Source of the DNA: a virus
DNA length: 64,000 nt
Strand: one strand, 5' to 3'
Virus genome (UHGV): UHGV-0198810
The first letter of the stretch is position 1; each line of letters starts with the position of its first letter. Positions 38,175 to 47,935 of the stretch are shown here, piece after piece. The notes beneath the pieces are model-generated. The model did no database searches and was not told where the DNA came from. It worked only from the letters and a program-made list of their open reading frames with translations. The position numbers and the translations under genes were made by a program.

Positions 38175-38974
38175 TTAACACCTTTCAATTCAAATAGATA
38201 ACGTTCAAAAAGATACTTTTTATTAACTCCTCTTGTCGTGCATTTTTTGATATATTCATTTGTTAACAAATAATCTTCAAAAGCTCTGGGATAATTTTTA
38301 ATCATTTTATCATAAGAAATGTTTAGCAGGATTTTCCAGAATAAATCAACATCATATTTATTCTTTTCCCTTTCAAATGCCAATTTACTAGAAATACTTA
38401 AAGTATTGGCATAAGTAGCCACATTTATTTTATCAAAAATTTTATTACCAAATTCAAATAGTTCCCTTAAATTGTAACTTTGTAAGAGTTGTATATCTCC
38501 CGGTGTTTTCGCTATCTCTAACACTAACTCATTATCTTTATTGTTTTCAATATTCATAAACTGTCTTAAACAATTTACACTATAATGGTTAAGGGTTAAA
38601 CAATAACATCTATTTCTTATAGTACATATCTGGTTATATTTATTTGTAGTTAATAACACAATGAAAGCATTTTTTAAAGGTTCTTCAAGAAACTTTAAAA
38701 TGGTATTTTCGTTTTTAACTGTTATTTTATCACAATCAATTAAATATAGAAAAGGTTCTACTTTGAGATATATTTCGTTTATTGTGTCTAGATTTAATTT
38801 CTCTGATATGTCAACTACAGTTAACCCAAACTTATCAGCGATATAATTTGTAATTAAATGTTTACCGCCACCTTTTGGACCTTCTAACATTAACGTTTTT
38901 GGAAAAGTGTCAAGATTATTACTATCTATGAAATTTATTATTAAATCTTGATTAAGTATTTTCATCACTGACAC
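38171..38974 (-). CDS. holB: DNA Pol III delta-prime-like clamp-loader subunit
   Basis: Degenerate P-loop GPKGGGK, N.ILKFLEEP, TIRNRC. Confidence 0.8.
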   Translation of the reverse strand: MSVMKILNQDLIINFIDSNNLDTFPKTLMLEGPKGGGKHLITNYIADKFGLTVVDISEKLNLDTINEIYLKVEPFLYLIDCDKITVKNENTILKFLEEPLKNAFIVLLTTNKYNQICTIRNRCYCLTLNHYSVNCLRQFMNIENNKDNELVLEIAKTPGDIQLLQSYNLRELFEFGNKIFDKINVATYANTLSISSKLAFEREKNKYDVDLFWKILLNISYDKMIKNYPRAFEDYLLTNEYIKKCTTRGVNKKYLFERYLFELKGVN

Positions 38975-39984
38975 CTCGTCATTTGTAAAAACATAACGAT
39001 TACAGTATTTTTCAAATTACTATCATCCTTGATAACTTGTTTAACATTAAGTAACTTATCAAGTAGGTATGAGTAATAATTTGTAGGATTTTCAAAAGCT
39101 ACACACCTTTTTATATCTCCTTCATAATTCGAAGGAATTGAAGTGATTTCAACATCATTAAACAAGGCGTATTTATCAATATCCATTATGAAAGTAAAAA
39201 ACTTATCAACAAATATTTTTAAGTCGTTTCCTTTATTGTAAAAATCATCAATAGTTTTTATAACTACTTTTTCATTACCATCTATAATAGCATTAACAAG
39301 TTCAAAAAATGACTCGTATGAATAATTTCCTAAACTTTCAAGAACATTTTGAATTGCTAAATCGTTTGAATATCCTGAACATTTTTCAAGGGTTGAGATA
39401 GCATCTCTCATTCCTCCGTCACTTATTTTGGCGATATACTCACAAGCTTCAACATAATTCGTAAACCCTTCTTGTTTACAAATAAATTTCAATCTTTCCG
39501 TTATTTGTTGAGTACTTATTCTCGAAATGTTAAATCTCTGTACCCTATTAAGTATTGTATTTGGTATTTTCTGTGGGTCGGTTGTACAAAACATAAATAT
39601 CGTATAAGCAGGTGGTTCTTCAATTGCCTTTAAGAATGCTTGCCAAGCTTGGTTACTTAATGCGTGACACTCATCAATTATGTAGATTTTATACTCACTA
39701 TCTATAGAACGTTCTTTTGCCGCATTTATAATACTTTTTACATTGTCAACTCCGTTGTTAGACGCTCCATCTATTTCAATCGGTTCACCAACATTCCCAT
39801 TTATTTTTTTAGCAAAAATTCGAGCAATTGTTGTTTTACCACAACCTGATGCCCCAGCGAACAGATAACTATTTTTAATATTGTGTGTCTCTAATTGCCT
39901 ATTAAGTATATGCACAACAGACCTTTGAGAACAAACATCTTCCCAGTCTTGAGGACGATATTTTGTTGCCAAACTTTGTGCCAT
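38965..39984 (-). CDS. dnaX: DNA Pol III gamma/tau clamp-loader ATPase (gamma length)
   Basis: LATKYRP, GASGCGKTT, EIDGASNNGVD, IIDECH, LKAIEEPP, GGMRDA. Confidence 0.93.
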   Translation of the reverse strand: MAQSLATKYRPQDWEDVCSQRSVVHILNRQLETHNIKNSYLFAGASGCGKTTIARIFAKKINGNVGEPIEIDGASNNGVDNVKSIINAAKERSIDSEYKIYIIDECHALSNQAWQAFLKAIEEPPAYTIFMFCTTDPQKIPNTILNRVQRFNISRISTQQITERLKFICKQEGFTNYVEACEYIAKISDGGMRDAISTLEKCSGYSNDLAIQNVLESLGNYSYESFFELVNAIIDGNEKVVIKTIDDFYNKGNDLKIFVDKFFTFIMDIDKYALFNDVEITSIPSNYEGDIKRCVAFENPTNYYSYLLDKLLNVKQVIKDDSNLKNTVIVMFLQMTRCQ

Positions 39985-40034
39985 TTAGATAACACTCCTT
40001 CCAGTTACATACTATTTACACATATTATAAAAAA

Positions 40035-40067
40035 TAAGCCACCAAAAATCAACTAATTGGTGGCTTA
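40035..40067 (-). terminator. Terminator hairpin with the TTAGTTGA -35 element in its loop
   Basis: TAAGCCACCAA-TTAGTTGATTT-TTGGTGGCTTA-TTTTT. Confidence 0.65.
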
Positions 40068-40071
40068 ACAT

Positions 40072-40446
40072 TTATAACTTTTCTATTATTTTTACGCTTT
40101 TCGAAGGTAACCAACCTTCCCAAATGTAACTTGTATCAAGGTTGTTGGTAATATCATATCCAACTCCTTTTATCTTTATCATCTTACCCATACACTGTAA
40201 TACTTGAGCTTTCATAAATTCGTATTTTGGTACAATACCCTTGTTCCAATTACTATGTAAATTAAAATCTGGAGGAGGATTTATAATATAATGTTCAAGC
40301 TGTATTAGGTACCAAGAATTCACATCAAAAATTGTTTTCTTATTTAGCTCTTGTTTTGGAATAAATAGTTCCAATGTTTCCGGTGTGTATGGAGGTACTT
40401 TACAAAGTTTTAATTTTTTAAGTTGGTCTTCAATTATTTTGTTCAT
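40072..40446 (-). CDS. Hypothetical protein
   Basis: Coupled ORF; WEGWLP. Confidence 0.65.
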   Translation of the reverse strand: MNKIIEDQLKKLKLCKVPPYTPETLELFIPKQELNKKTIFDVNSWYLIQLEHYIINPPPDFNLHSNWNKGIVPKYEFMKAQVLQCMGKMIKIKGVGYDITNNLDTSYIWEGWLPSKSVKIIEKL

Positions 40447-41060
40447 TAGGCCTTATCCATATAACAACTTAACATATCAGCTAAATGTAGTAATACCGCT
40501 AAAGGATACTTGTCATAAACTAAACCAATGTTATCTTGTGCACTATCGAATGACATTCCTCCCATATGATGAAGTATCGCAACACTTTCTTCCACAGTTA
40601 GAGGTATATACTGCCTGATAAGAAATTCTGAATTCTGTTCGTGATTTCCATAAATGAATAAGTTGTTATTCTCTTTTGTTTTGTAACTATCCTCTTTTGT
40701 CCAATTTGGACAGTCTTTTGAGGGAGGTACGTTTCGTGTATAAATTTCGTACTTGTTAATTTTATCCAAATCGTGCAACAACGACACAATTATAATACTC
40801 TCTTCACTAATATTTGTTAAATGTTTTGAGTTAACAAGACTAACAAGGTTATGATATACACACAAACAATGGTCCGCTAAACCTCCTGGATAACTACCGT
40901 GATACTTAGTTGAGGCAGGGGCTGTGTAGAAATCACTATTCTCTAATCTAGAAAGTAGTTCGTCAATGTTTGCCCCACTTCTTGTAATCTTTTTAATTAG
41001 TTGCTCAATGTTATCGGCATTTGCTTGAATTTCGTCATTAGTTAATACTTGTTTAATCAC
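40446..41060 (-). CDS. HD-domain phosphohydrolase
   Basis: FYTAPAS.KYH...GGL.DH...LLHDLDK...HHMG...HLAD. Confidence 0.88.
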   Translation of the reverse strand: MIKQVLTNDEIQANADNIEQLIKKITRSGANIDELLSRLENSDFYTAPASTKYHGSYPGGLADHCLCVYHNLVSLVNSKHLTNISEESIIIVSLLHDLDKINKYEIYTRNVPPSKDCPNWTKEDSYKTKENNNLFIYGNHEQNSEFLIRQYIPLTVEESVAILHHMGGMSFDSAQDNIGLVYDKYPLAVLLHLADMLSCYMDKA

Positions 41061-41078
41061 TTTTATAACCTCATAAAA

Positions 41079-41417
41079 TTAAACTGCAAATTCCCGCATC
41101 TTTCGAGTGTCTACAATTTCTCTCTTCCACTTAATTCTGTCGGCCTTTGTTATGTTTGTAACTCCTGTGTGTTTACCACATCTTGTGCTATTGTAATGAG
41201 CCCTCCATTCAGGACAAACATGATACTTAACCATTGTAGGACTAATTGACAACTTCTTACTAATTTCAGAAATGCTCATACCTTTTCCATACATTCCTTT
41301 CATACGATTAAGAGTTGAATTACTAAACTTGCGTTTACGGTCAAATCTAGTTCCCTGAATATTGATAACTTTATCAATTTCGTTATCAGTCATTTTCAAA
41401 ATTTCGCTTCTTGTCAT
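41079..41417 (-). CDS. HTH DNA-binding protein
   Basis: GMSISEISKKLSISPTMVKYH. Confidence 0.75.
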   Translation of the reverse strand: MTRSEILKMTDNEIDKVINIQGTRFDRKRKFSNSTLNRMKGMYGKGMSISEISKKLSISPTMVKYHVCPEWRAHYNSTRCGKHTGVTNITKADRIKWKREIVDTRKMREFAV

Positions 41418-41486
41418 CTAATTACTTCCTCTCAAATATATTTTATACTGATAGTATATAATAATTTTATATAATTTTCAACTAAA

Positions 41487-41834
41487 TTATTCAGACAAAC
41501 CCTGAACAAGATATTTCATTAACTTTTCGTTAATAACGTAATAATTGTCACCGTCAGGTTCAAAATTAAAACAAAGACAGCTGTTTGAGTGTCGCGTCAT
41601 AAAGGCTTCTTTTTTATTTTTTTCCAACCATTCTTTTTTAACCGAAAAAGAACTTTTAGGGGACATTGAACATTTAGCTTCAATGAGCATGTTAGCTAAA
41701 GGTATTTCAATATCACCTTTTTGAAAGTTACCCGCCCCGGAGTTCGACTGTCGTCTACCTCCGAGGGCTTTACAAATACTTTCTTCATGCTTAGTAGAAT
41801 AATATCGTGTACTTTCTTTATTTTTAGTCATCAC
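41487..41834 (-). CDS. PD-(D/E)XK nuclease, Holliday-junction-resolvase-like
   Basis: E..I...SGAG..KGD...LIEAK...KKEWL.K. Confidence 0.75.
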   Translation of the reverse strand: MMTKNKESTRYYSTKHEESICKALGGRRQSNSGAGNFQKGDIEIPLANMLIEAKCSMSPKSSFSVKKEWLEKNKKEAFMTRHSNSCLCFNFEPDGDNYYVINEKLMKYLVQGLSE

Positions 41835-43008
41835 GATTTTCCTCTTCTAAATCTATATTAAATACTTCGTTCAAATCTACTCCCAACATCTGTTCGAAAG
41901 AAATAATTGAAGGGTCTAGTTTTTGTGACAATTTTTCATAAACTTTATCATAAAGTTTTTTCCAAAGGTCTTTATGCTCTTCAAAATAAGGTTTAACGTT
42001 TTTCTTACCTCTTATTTTTATTTCGTTACCTTCAGCGTCACACATTAACTCGCCGGTTTCGGGGTCAATTATTTTGAATGTACCTTGAACACTATTGTCT
42101 ATAAGTCCAAAATAGGTGGCTACTTCAATGGTGTCTTGCATAATATCAACACCCCTATCGTAGTTAATGTACATTCTACCCAATTTTCTATCCCACTTAC
42201 AAACCTTCGTTTTAAGTACGGCAGCTTCCATTATGTATCCAGCAGGTGACTCGGCACTATTTGTCAATACATTACCTTCTTCGTCGATGAACGATGATTT
42301 CTTAAACATCATTCTTACATCACAAGCGTGTTTCCAACCTCTACCACCGGCAGTTTTAAGAGGGTTACCGTAACCACTGATATTTTCTCTCAATTGATTG
42401 ATACCGATAAGGGTACAATTATATTTAACAAGCATACCTTTTACTCTTCTTGCAAAATCACCAAGAGGTTTTGCAATACCGCCCATATCTTTTTTAGTTA
42501 GCGACTCTCCAAAAACTTGTTGGGGTACTAACATATTTAAGGAGTCAAGAATAACTAAACCTATCTGACCGGAACGAATTGATTGTAATATAACATCAAA
42601 AATGTCTTCTGCACACATATCAATTCCTGTAAATCTTAATGTTTTGACGACCTCGTTGTTCATATCGTAACCCATTTTCAAAGACCAAGTAGGGTCGGCT
42701 CCACATTCAAGGTCTACAAATAATATCCCTCTTGGGTTTTTAGGATTTCTCTCTATTTCTTTACGCATATATGAAGCTGCAACAAGATAAGCAGTAGTTG
42801 TTTTACCAGAACCTTCCGCACCACTAAATTCTACACAACGTCTTTCAGGAAAACAATTATATAAACAAAAATCAAAACCGGGTGAACCTAACGATAATGT
42901 TCCATAGTGTGTTAAATCTTCCACACCTATTGACATTACATCATTACCAAACTTTTTTGTTACATTCTTTAATATTTCGTTAAGACTTAAAATTTCTTCT
43001 TTAGCCAT
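41824..43008 (-). CDS. recA: RecA recombinase
   Basis: GAEGSGKTT, FVDLE, ILDS, INQLRE, GGRGWKH. Confidence 0.92.
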   Translation of the reverse strand: MAKEEILSLNEILKNVTKKFGNDVMSIGVEDLTHYGTLSLGSPGFDFCLYNCFPERRCVEFSGAEGSGKTTTAYLVAASYMRKEIERNPKNPRGILFVDLECGADPTWSLKMGYDMNNEVVKTLRFTGIDMCAEDIFDVILQSIRSGQIGLVILDSLNMLVPQQVFGESLTKKDMGGIAKPLGDFARRVKGMLVKYNCTLIGINQLRENISGYGNPLKTAGGRGWKHACDVRMMFKKSSFIDEEGNVLTNSAESPAGYIMEAAVLKTKVCKWDRKLGRMYINYDRGVDIMQDTIEVATYFGLIDNSVQGTFKIIDPETGELMCDAEGNEIKIRGKKNVKPYFEEHKDLWKKLYDKVYEKLSQKLDPSIISFEQMLGVDLNEVFNIDLEEENRDD

Positions 43009-43586
43009 TAAAACTCCTCACTACCTACTACAACAGAGCCTGTGTTTCTTGTATAGTCTAACTGGTTTTCTTGCATTCGCTTACTTATGATTTTTCTTAA
43101 ACTAGATAACATTTCGTAAGCGGCATCTATCTTATACTTAATTTGTCTATATACCCGAGAATAAATGTTATTAACAACAGTTTGATACCTACTATCATTT
43201 TCCGCCATTACTGTAAGTTCAGCTACTGTCGGTTTCTTTTTCTGGTCACCTACATTAGTTAAGTTATTTGTGTAAGAATTGTTGTAAACTTCCTTAGCCG
43301 AAAGTTTAGTAATATCGTCCTTTATTCCCACACTCTCTAATCGGGTACCCATAAAATACAGTATATTACTAAGTTCCATTACAAGCTTTTCAAGAATGTT
43401 ATCAGAAGGTGTATTTTCAACAGCATTTTCCTTAATTTTTAAAAGAAGTTTGTCTAAGTCTGAGGTGTAAGCTTTAACCACTTCGTCGGAAATATTTGTA
43501 AATAGACTAGAAGCTTCGTCAGTTTTTTCAAAAACATTTGTAATTTCAACTTTTGACTGTTCATTCTCAATAAAAGTTTTTTCCAT
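43008..43586 (-). CDS. Coiled-coil protein, possibly a UvsY-like recombination mediator
   Basis: Between recU and recA; PTVAE...AE...K.K...LRKIISKR. Confidence 0.5.
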   Translation of the reverse strand: MEKTFIENEQSKVEITNVFEKTDEASSLFTNISDEVVKAYTSDLDKLLLKIKENAVENTPSDNILEKLVMELSNILYFMGTRLESVGIKDDITKLSAKEVYNNSYTNNLTNVGDQKKKPTVAELTVMAENDSRYQTVVNNIYSRVYRQIKYKIDAAYEMLSSLRKIISKRMQENQLDYTRNTGSVVVGSEEF

Positions 43587-43588
43587 AT

Positions 43589-44056
43589 TTAATCCCCTTC
43601 TTTCAATTTAGTCAACAATGTGTAGTCGGTGTCCATAAATATTCGCCTTTTTGTTGAGGGTAATTCAAATATTCTATAATTTGAATTAAGATGTCTCATT
43701 CCAACAGACTTTTCTCCATTTTCTTTTAGCTTAGTAATCGTCTTAGTCGGTATATATAACACTTTATCCTTCTCATATAACCACAACACGACACCACTCC
43801 TAACACCTTTTATAGATACCTTTTTACAGAGGTTTTCATACTGAGATATGTTACAAAGGGGCAATGAAGCCCCTTTATGTGTCTTACATTCAAGATAGAA
43901 TATATTAGGAAATATAAATCCAATATAGTCTGAAATTTGTTTTATACTTTTATATCCCATTACAACGTCATATAGTCTATCTATTGTGGCGTTAGGAACT
44001 TTCAAAAAATCCTCTTTAAACTTTTTTTCAAAAGTTTTTCCAAAATCTTTAGACAT
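43589..44056 (-). CDS. RecU-like Holliday junction resolvase
   Basis: GKTFE..F, RLYD, SDY, YLECKT, SLP..NI.QY. Confidence 0.75.
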   Translation of the reverse strand: MSKDFGKTFEKKFKEDFLKVPNATIDRLYDVVMGYKSIKQISDYIGFIFPNIFYLECKTHKGASLPLCNISQYENLCKKVSIKGVRSGVVLWLYEKDKVLYIPTKTITKLKENGEKSVGMRHLNSNYRIFELPSTKRRIFMDTDYTLLTKLKEGD

Positions 44057-45183
44057 TAGTCAACTACACACTCAGGAATTACATTTGTAATCCTACCTCT
44101 TGTTAAAACAATTGAAGTGTTATTTCCAAAATTGATATTTAAGTACGGCTCGTTACAAGTCTCTAAGGTTGCTTTCAATTCAGGTAAATCAAGAATGGCC
44201 GTATATGGCTCATCAATATCTAATACTGTGTTATTGTAATTAACAACTTCTTTGTTTTCTTTTTTAACATCATAAATAATTACAGAATCTTTTCCAAACT
44301 CTAAGATACTATATGGTTTAACAATATCTCTACTTCCTGACAAAGTGTTAAACAACAACAATCTACTAATAGCCTGTAACAAGTACTCCTTGTTAATATT
44401 TATAGAATAAGGATATTCAGCAGTCGCAATACCTCTAATTGCTGATACCGGTACTTTTGAAAGCAAACTATCATCACAAGACAAGATAGCTGTTAATTTA
44501 ATATCAGTCGAGGTAAACGAAACTTTTGTTTGAATTATATCTTCGCTAATATTATCATAACCAATTTTCAAATTAACTTTTGAACCATCAAACAACTTAA
44601 ACAATTTAACAAGTCTATCGTTAAACAACAACTTAACTTCCTGAGGAAGGTTAAAAGAGTTAACACAAGCACCACTTGTAAATGTTATAGCTCCCTTTTC
44701 ATCAACATAGTACAAACGCTGTACAGGACGAGCTATTGTGCCTTTAAGTAACTCCTTACTGTTATATTGAAGAATACTTGTTAATATGTCACTATCAATT
44801 TCAAATTCGTTAGTTACATTCTTAATTTCAATTTCAGGTAACTCGAGAAGTTTATCACCGTCGAAAATCAGTGGAAGTTTATAAGTTCCATTAGCCACGA
44901 CTACAACATAATTATCCTTGATGTTAAGTTCAACTGTATCCGTTGTTATCTGAGATATAAGTTTGAGGAACAACGTAGCATTTACAGTGGCGTGAAAATC
45001 TACAACTTCTCCAATATCTATCTTAACTTGTGCAAAATACTCTCTATTTGTCACATTCATGTAAAGATAATTATCTACAGTTACTAATTCAAGAGTTTCA
45101 GTAATAGTTGAAAGTGTATTACTATCAACTGCTGTAAGTATGTTTTTACAGGCATTTTGAAGTTTTTCAATTCTAATAATCAT
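44056..45183 (-). CDS. dnaN: DNA polymerase sliding clamp (beta subunit)
   Basis: 375 aa, three-domain beta-clamp pattern (L...VTN.E, G.YKLP, IN...LL.A..R); clamp-loader genes nearby. Confidence 0.8.
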   Translation of the reverse strand: MIIRIEKLQNACKNILTAVDSNTLSTITETLELVTVDNYLYMNVTNREYFAQVKIDIGEVVDFHATVNATLFLKLISQITTDTVELNIKDNYVVVVANGTYKLPLIFDGDKLLELPEIEIKNVTNEFEIDSDILTSILQYNSKELLKGTIARPVQRLYYVDEKGAITFTSGACVNSFNLPQEVKLLFNDRLVKLFKLFDGSKVNLKIGYDNISEDIIQTKVSFTSTDIKLTAILSCDDSLLSKVPVSAIRGIATAEYPYSININKEYLLQAISRLLLFNTLSGSRDIVKPYSILEFGKDSVIIYDVKKENKEVVNYNNTVLDIDEPYTAILDLPELKATLETCNEPYLNINFGNNTSIVLTRGRITNVIPECVVD

Positions 45184-45194
45184 CTAGTTATCTC

Positions 45195-46139
45195 CTAAAA
45201 TAATTCATTTTTGTGTATATTATTACCACAATACACATAGTTGTTTGCCCAATCCTTACCATAACGAAGATTAAACAATTCTCTCATTCGTGAGGCTTTA
45301 ATATCATCGTCAATAAGAAGGTCGTCTAATGTCATTCCCATTTCGTTACAAACATTTTTAACAGCCTCTATAACAGCTGGGGATTGGTTAAGTACATGTT
45401 TATCATCACAAATTTTACGATTTGAGGTAAATAGAGTTTTCTTTCCTATTTGAATTTGTCCAAAAGCGGCAAGCTTTAGCCACGTCGTACTGTCGGAACT
45501 TGTAAAAGGGAAGTTTTCAAGAATTTTATAAGTCGAAATTCCAAATGCGTGAGTCTTGACGTTTGGGTTACTACTATTCTTAATTATTGTAAAAACTTTT
45601 TCAAGCCACGGTTTCCAAGTGCTACTTGGTAAACTTTTGTTTGGTGAAATACCTATGTATTTAATATGACTACCATCTTCGTGTGTATATTCAAGCATAT
45701 TTTTCAACCACTTGAAATCTTCCTGTTGGTGAAAAACTGGTATTAACTTATCCCTAGATTTAACACGGTCTTTCATATAAAGATAATTTTCCCAACTAAG
45801 TTTGGGTGCTTCTAATTGTTGCTCAATAGTTACTTCTTGACCTCTTATACCAGCAATTGTATCGAGTTGGGCGAAAACAGTAGTATAGTCGTCAATAGAA
45901 TTAAGAAATTCTATATATTCGTCAACATCTATAGTAACACCTTTAGTGTGTGCAGTAAAGGCACCACTATCAATGAATAGATTACATTTACATTCTGGAT
46001 GTTCTTTTAGATAGTCAACCCATTCCAAAATATGCTTCTTTTCGGTATACTGTGACAACAATTGATGATATCCAATTTCACGTTTGAAAGCATCTGTTTC
46101 TTTTGTTGTTGTCCCTGCCGCATATAATGTAAACGCCAC
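45195..46139 (-). CDS. dpdA: DpdA-like 7-deazaguanine DNA transglycosylase (TGT fold)
   Basis: LFIDSGAFT, QLD.I, PVFH, YIGI, HAFG, SSDSTTW; lacks the Zn-binding tail of tRNA TGT; embedded in que genes. Confidence 0.8.
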   Translation of the reverse strand: MAFTLYAAGTTTKETDAFKREIGYHQLLSQYTEKKHILEWVDYLKEHPECKCNLFIDSGAFTAHTKGVTIDVDEYIEFLNSIDDYTTVFAQLDTIAGIRGQEVTIEQQLEAPKLSWENYLYMKDRVKSRDKLIPVFHQQEDFKWLKNMLEYTHEDGSHIKYIGISPNKSLPSSTWKPWLEKVFTIIKNSSNPNVKTHAFGISTYKILENFPFTSSDSTTWLKLAAFGQIQIGKKTLFTSNRKICDDKHVLNQSPAVIEAVKNVCNEMGMTLDDLLIDDDIKASRMRELFNLRYGKDWANNYVYCGNNIHKNELF

Positions 46140-46532
46140 TTACTCACTCTCCTTTAATTTATTTTTTAGGTATCTATAGGTTTTATACCAATTTATTTTA
46201 CCTCCAGGAACACTTCTATCATCAACTATAAACAAAGCACATAATTTTCTAGGTTTAGTTTCAATTGAAGCTTCTTCTAAGGTTAGTATTGGTAAGTCCC
46301 ATTTATGAATCATTTTAACAGCATAATCATATCGTTCATCACATCGACATGTCCATAATATAAGAGTTAAGCCAAGTTCTTCAACTAATTTTTTAGTGTA
46401 TTTTTCCGCTTTTTTACATAATGTCTTACCGTCTGTTGTTAAAGTACCGTCAAAATCAATTCCTACTATTTTTAAGTTTTTCGTATATTTCGATAACATC
46501 TGGTTTCTGTTTTTCATAATTATTTCCAACAT
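46140..46532 (-). CDS. Capless HAD-family phosphatase (start uncertain)
   Basis: GIDFDGTL, ILWTCR, RK..A..IVDDR. Confidence 0.8.
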   Translation of the reverse strand: MLEIIMKNRNQMLSKYTKNLKIVGIDFDGTLTTDGKTLCKKAEKYTKKLVEELGLTLILWTCRCDERYDYAVKMIHKWDLPILTLEEASIETKPRKLCALFIVDDRSVPGGKINWYKTYRYLKNKLKESE

Positions 46533-47169
46533 AATTCATAAACTTTTCAATTGTTTCATTGTCAAAATTATACCCATTGTTATAAAAAGCTGCAAACTTA
46601 CTTGTGCACGAGGTACACGACATACAAGGTTTACCATTTATTGGATTATAACAACTTACAGTCGCATTGTAAGCTTCTTCAATATTACCTCCATTATCAA
46701 CAAACATCTTTAACAATTCAGTCTTTGTAGTGTCTTTAAAAGGTAATTTTACTACCACAGGACCTTCCTTTGTTTCACTTAATAGATATGAAATAACATC
46801 TCCAGCTTTTGCTGCAAAGAGCGTTGTCTTGTCATAATGAGTACTTGAACCTGTCGCTCCTAAATATATCTCGTTACCGTAATGTGCTGCTAAAGTTACA
46901 AAATGTAAATTTCTCAAAGGTAAAAAATAATTCTGGGACGGTCTTTCGTACTCACTTAAATTATAATCAACAACTTTTAATCTTGTTGTGTCAATTTTAC
47001 CCTCTTTAACAAGTTTCAACAATTTTTCATACTCTACTTCATTATTCGCTGTATGTATCCTAACAAACAATATAGTGTCAGGTTTAATGAGGTGGTCAAT
47101 CAACCAACTATCCATTCCACCACTATACAGTAATACTTTACCTTCAGGAATTTTCAACACTTCGTTCAT
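46456..47169 (-). CDS. queC: 7-cyano-7-deazaguanine (preQ0) synthase
   Basis: SGGMDS PP-loop, LPLRNL, K.ELL, SCY....PCMSCTSC. Confidence 0.9.
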   Translation of the reverse strand: MNEVLKIPEGKVLLYSGGMDSWLIDHLIKPDTILFVRIHTANNEVEYEKLLKLVKEGKIDTTRLKVVDYNLSEYERPSQNYFLPLRNLHFVTLAAHYGNEIYLGATGSSTHYDKTTLFAAKAGDVISYLLSETKEGPVVVKLPFKDTTKTELLKMFVDNGGNIEEAYNATVSCYNPINGKPCMSCTSCTSKFAAFYNNGYNFDNETIEKFMNYVGNNYEKQKPDVIEIYEKLKNSRN

Positions 47170-47887
47170 ACATATTCTCCTTGTTTATAATTAAATGTCT
47201 GGTTTCATAGTTTCCGACTTTATGTGCTATAAAAGTTGTTAGAGGAAGAATTATTGCTTCGTATCCTGTTTTAAGGATAACTTGTAAACAAATCATTGTG
47301 ACTACTTCCTTAACAGTCATAATAGGATTAAGAACTAAAAATGCTAAAGGTAAGTAAATACAACTATCTACTATCTCACCTACAAAACTGGAAAGTATGG
47401 CTCTCAACCCAAAACCTTCATGGTCAGTCACTTCGACATGACGTTTTTTCATCTTAGCAAAGATAACATCGTTAGCAAAATCTCCGAAAACATAAGCTAT
47501 AATAGAAGCAACACTACAAGCAAAACTACCATTAAGTATCAATTTAAAAGAAGTTGATATTGTTACATAATAATCATTATTAGGTACCGGAAATTTACTG
47601 ACAATTGCAAATATTATTATCATTAAAAGGTTACAAGTAAAGGCAATATAACACGTTCTTCTACTCCACTGATAACCGTAAACTTCTGAAAAGACGTCTG
47701 ACAATATATAGGTTACAGGAAACAACATCACAGCACTTGTCATACTAAACCCGAAAAAGTTAAATATTCTAGAGGATATAATGTTTGAAATTAACAATGC
47801 ACAGACAAATATTATAGTTAGAATATTTTGAACGGGACTTATATTCTTATTGTCAAGTCCAAATTCTTTTTGTAAAAACTTTAACAT
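47144..47887 (-). CDS. yhhQ: Queuosine-precursor (preQ0/preQ1) transporter, YhhQ/Vut_1 family
   Basis: ISNI, FPVTYILSDVFSEVYG, AS..AY..G..ND, RAILSS.VGE.VDS; multi-TM. Confidence 0.92.
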   Translation of the reverse strand: MLKFLQKEFGLDNKNISPVQNILTIIFVCALLISNIISSRIFNFFGFSMTSAVMLFPVTYILSDVFSEVYGYQWSRRTCYIAFTCNLLMIIIFAIVSKFPVPNNDYYVTISTSFKLILNGSFACSVASIIAYVFGDFANDVIFAKMKKRHVEVTDHEGFGLRAILSSFVGEIVDSCIYLPLAFLVLNPIMTVKEVVTMICLQVILKTGYEAIILPLTTFIAHKVGNYETRHLIINKENMYERSVENS

Positions 47888-47896
47888 TTAATTTTA

Positions 47897-47935
47897 CTCC
47901 TTTAATTTTTTATGGTTGGGAAAGGATTACAACCA
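47897..47935 (-). promoter_or_regulatory. preQ1 class-I-like translational riboswitch upstream of yhhQ
   Basis: TGGTTG-TAATCCTTTCC-CAACCA-TAAAAAATTAAAGGAG: stem, U-first/C-last loop, A-rich tail; loop TCCTTT pairs with SD AAAGGA. Confidence 0.7.

Noticed and set aside
45195..46139. tRNA-guanine transglycosylase (Tgt) acting on tRNA
   Set aside because: Lacks the C-terminal CxCxxC..H Zn site of bacterial Tgt and sits in a replication operon; a DNA-acting DpdA is more likely but not proven
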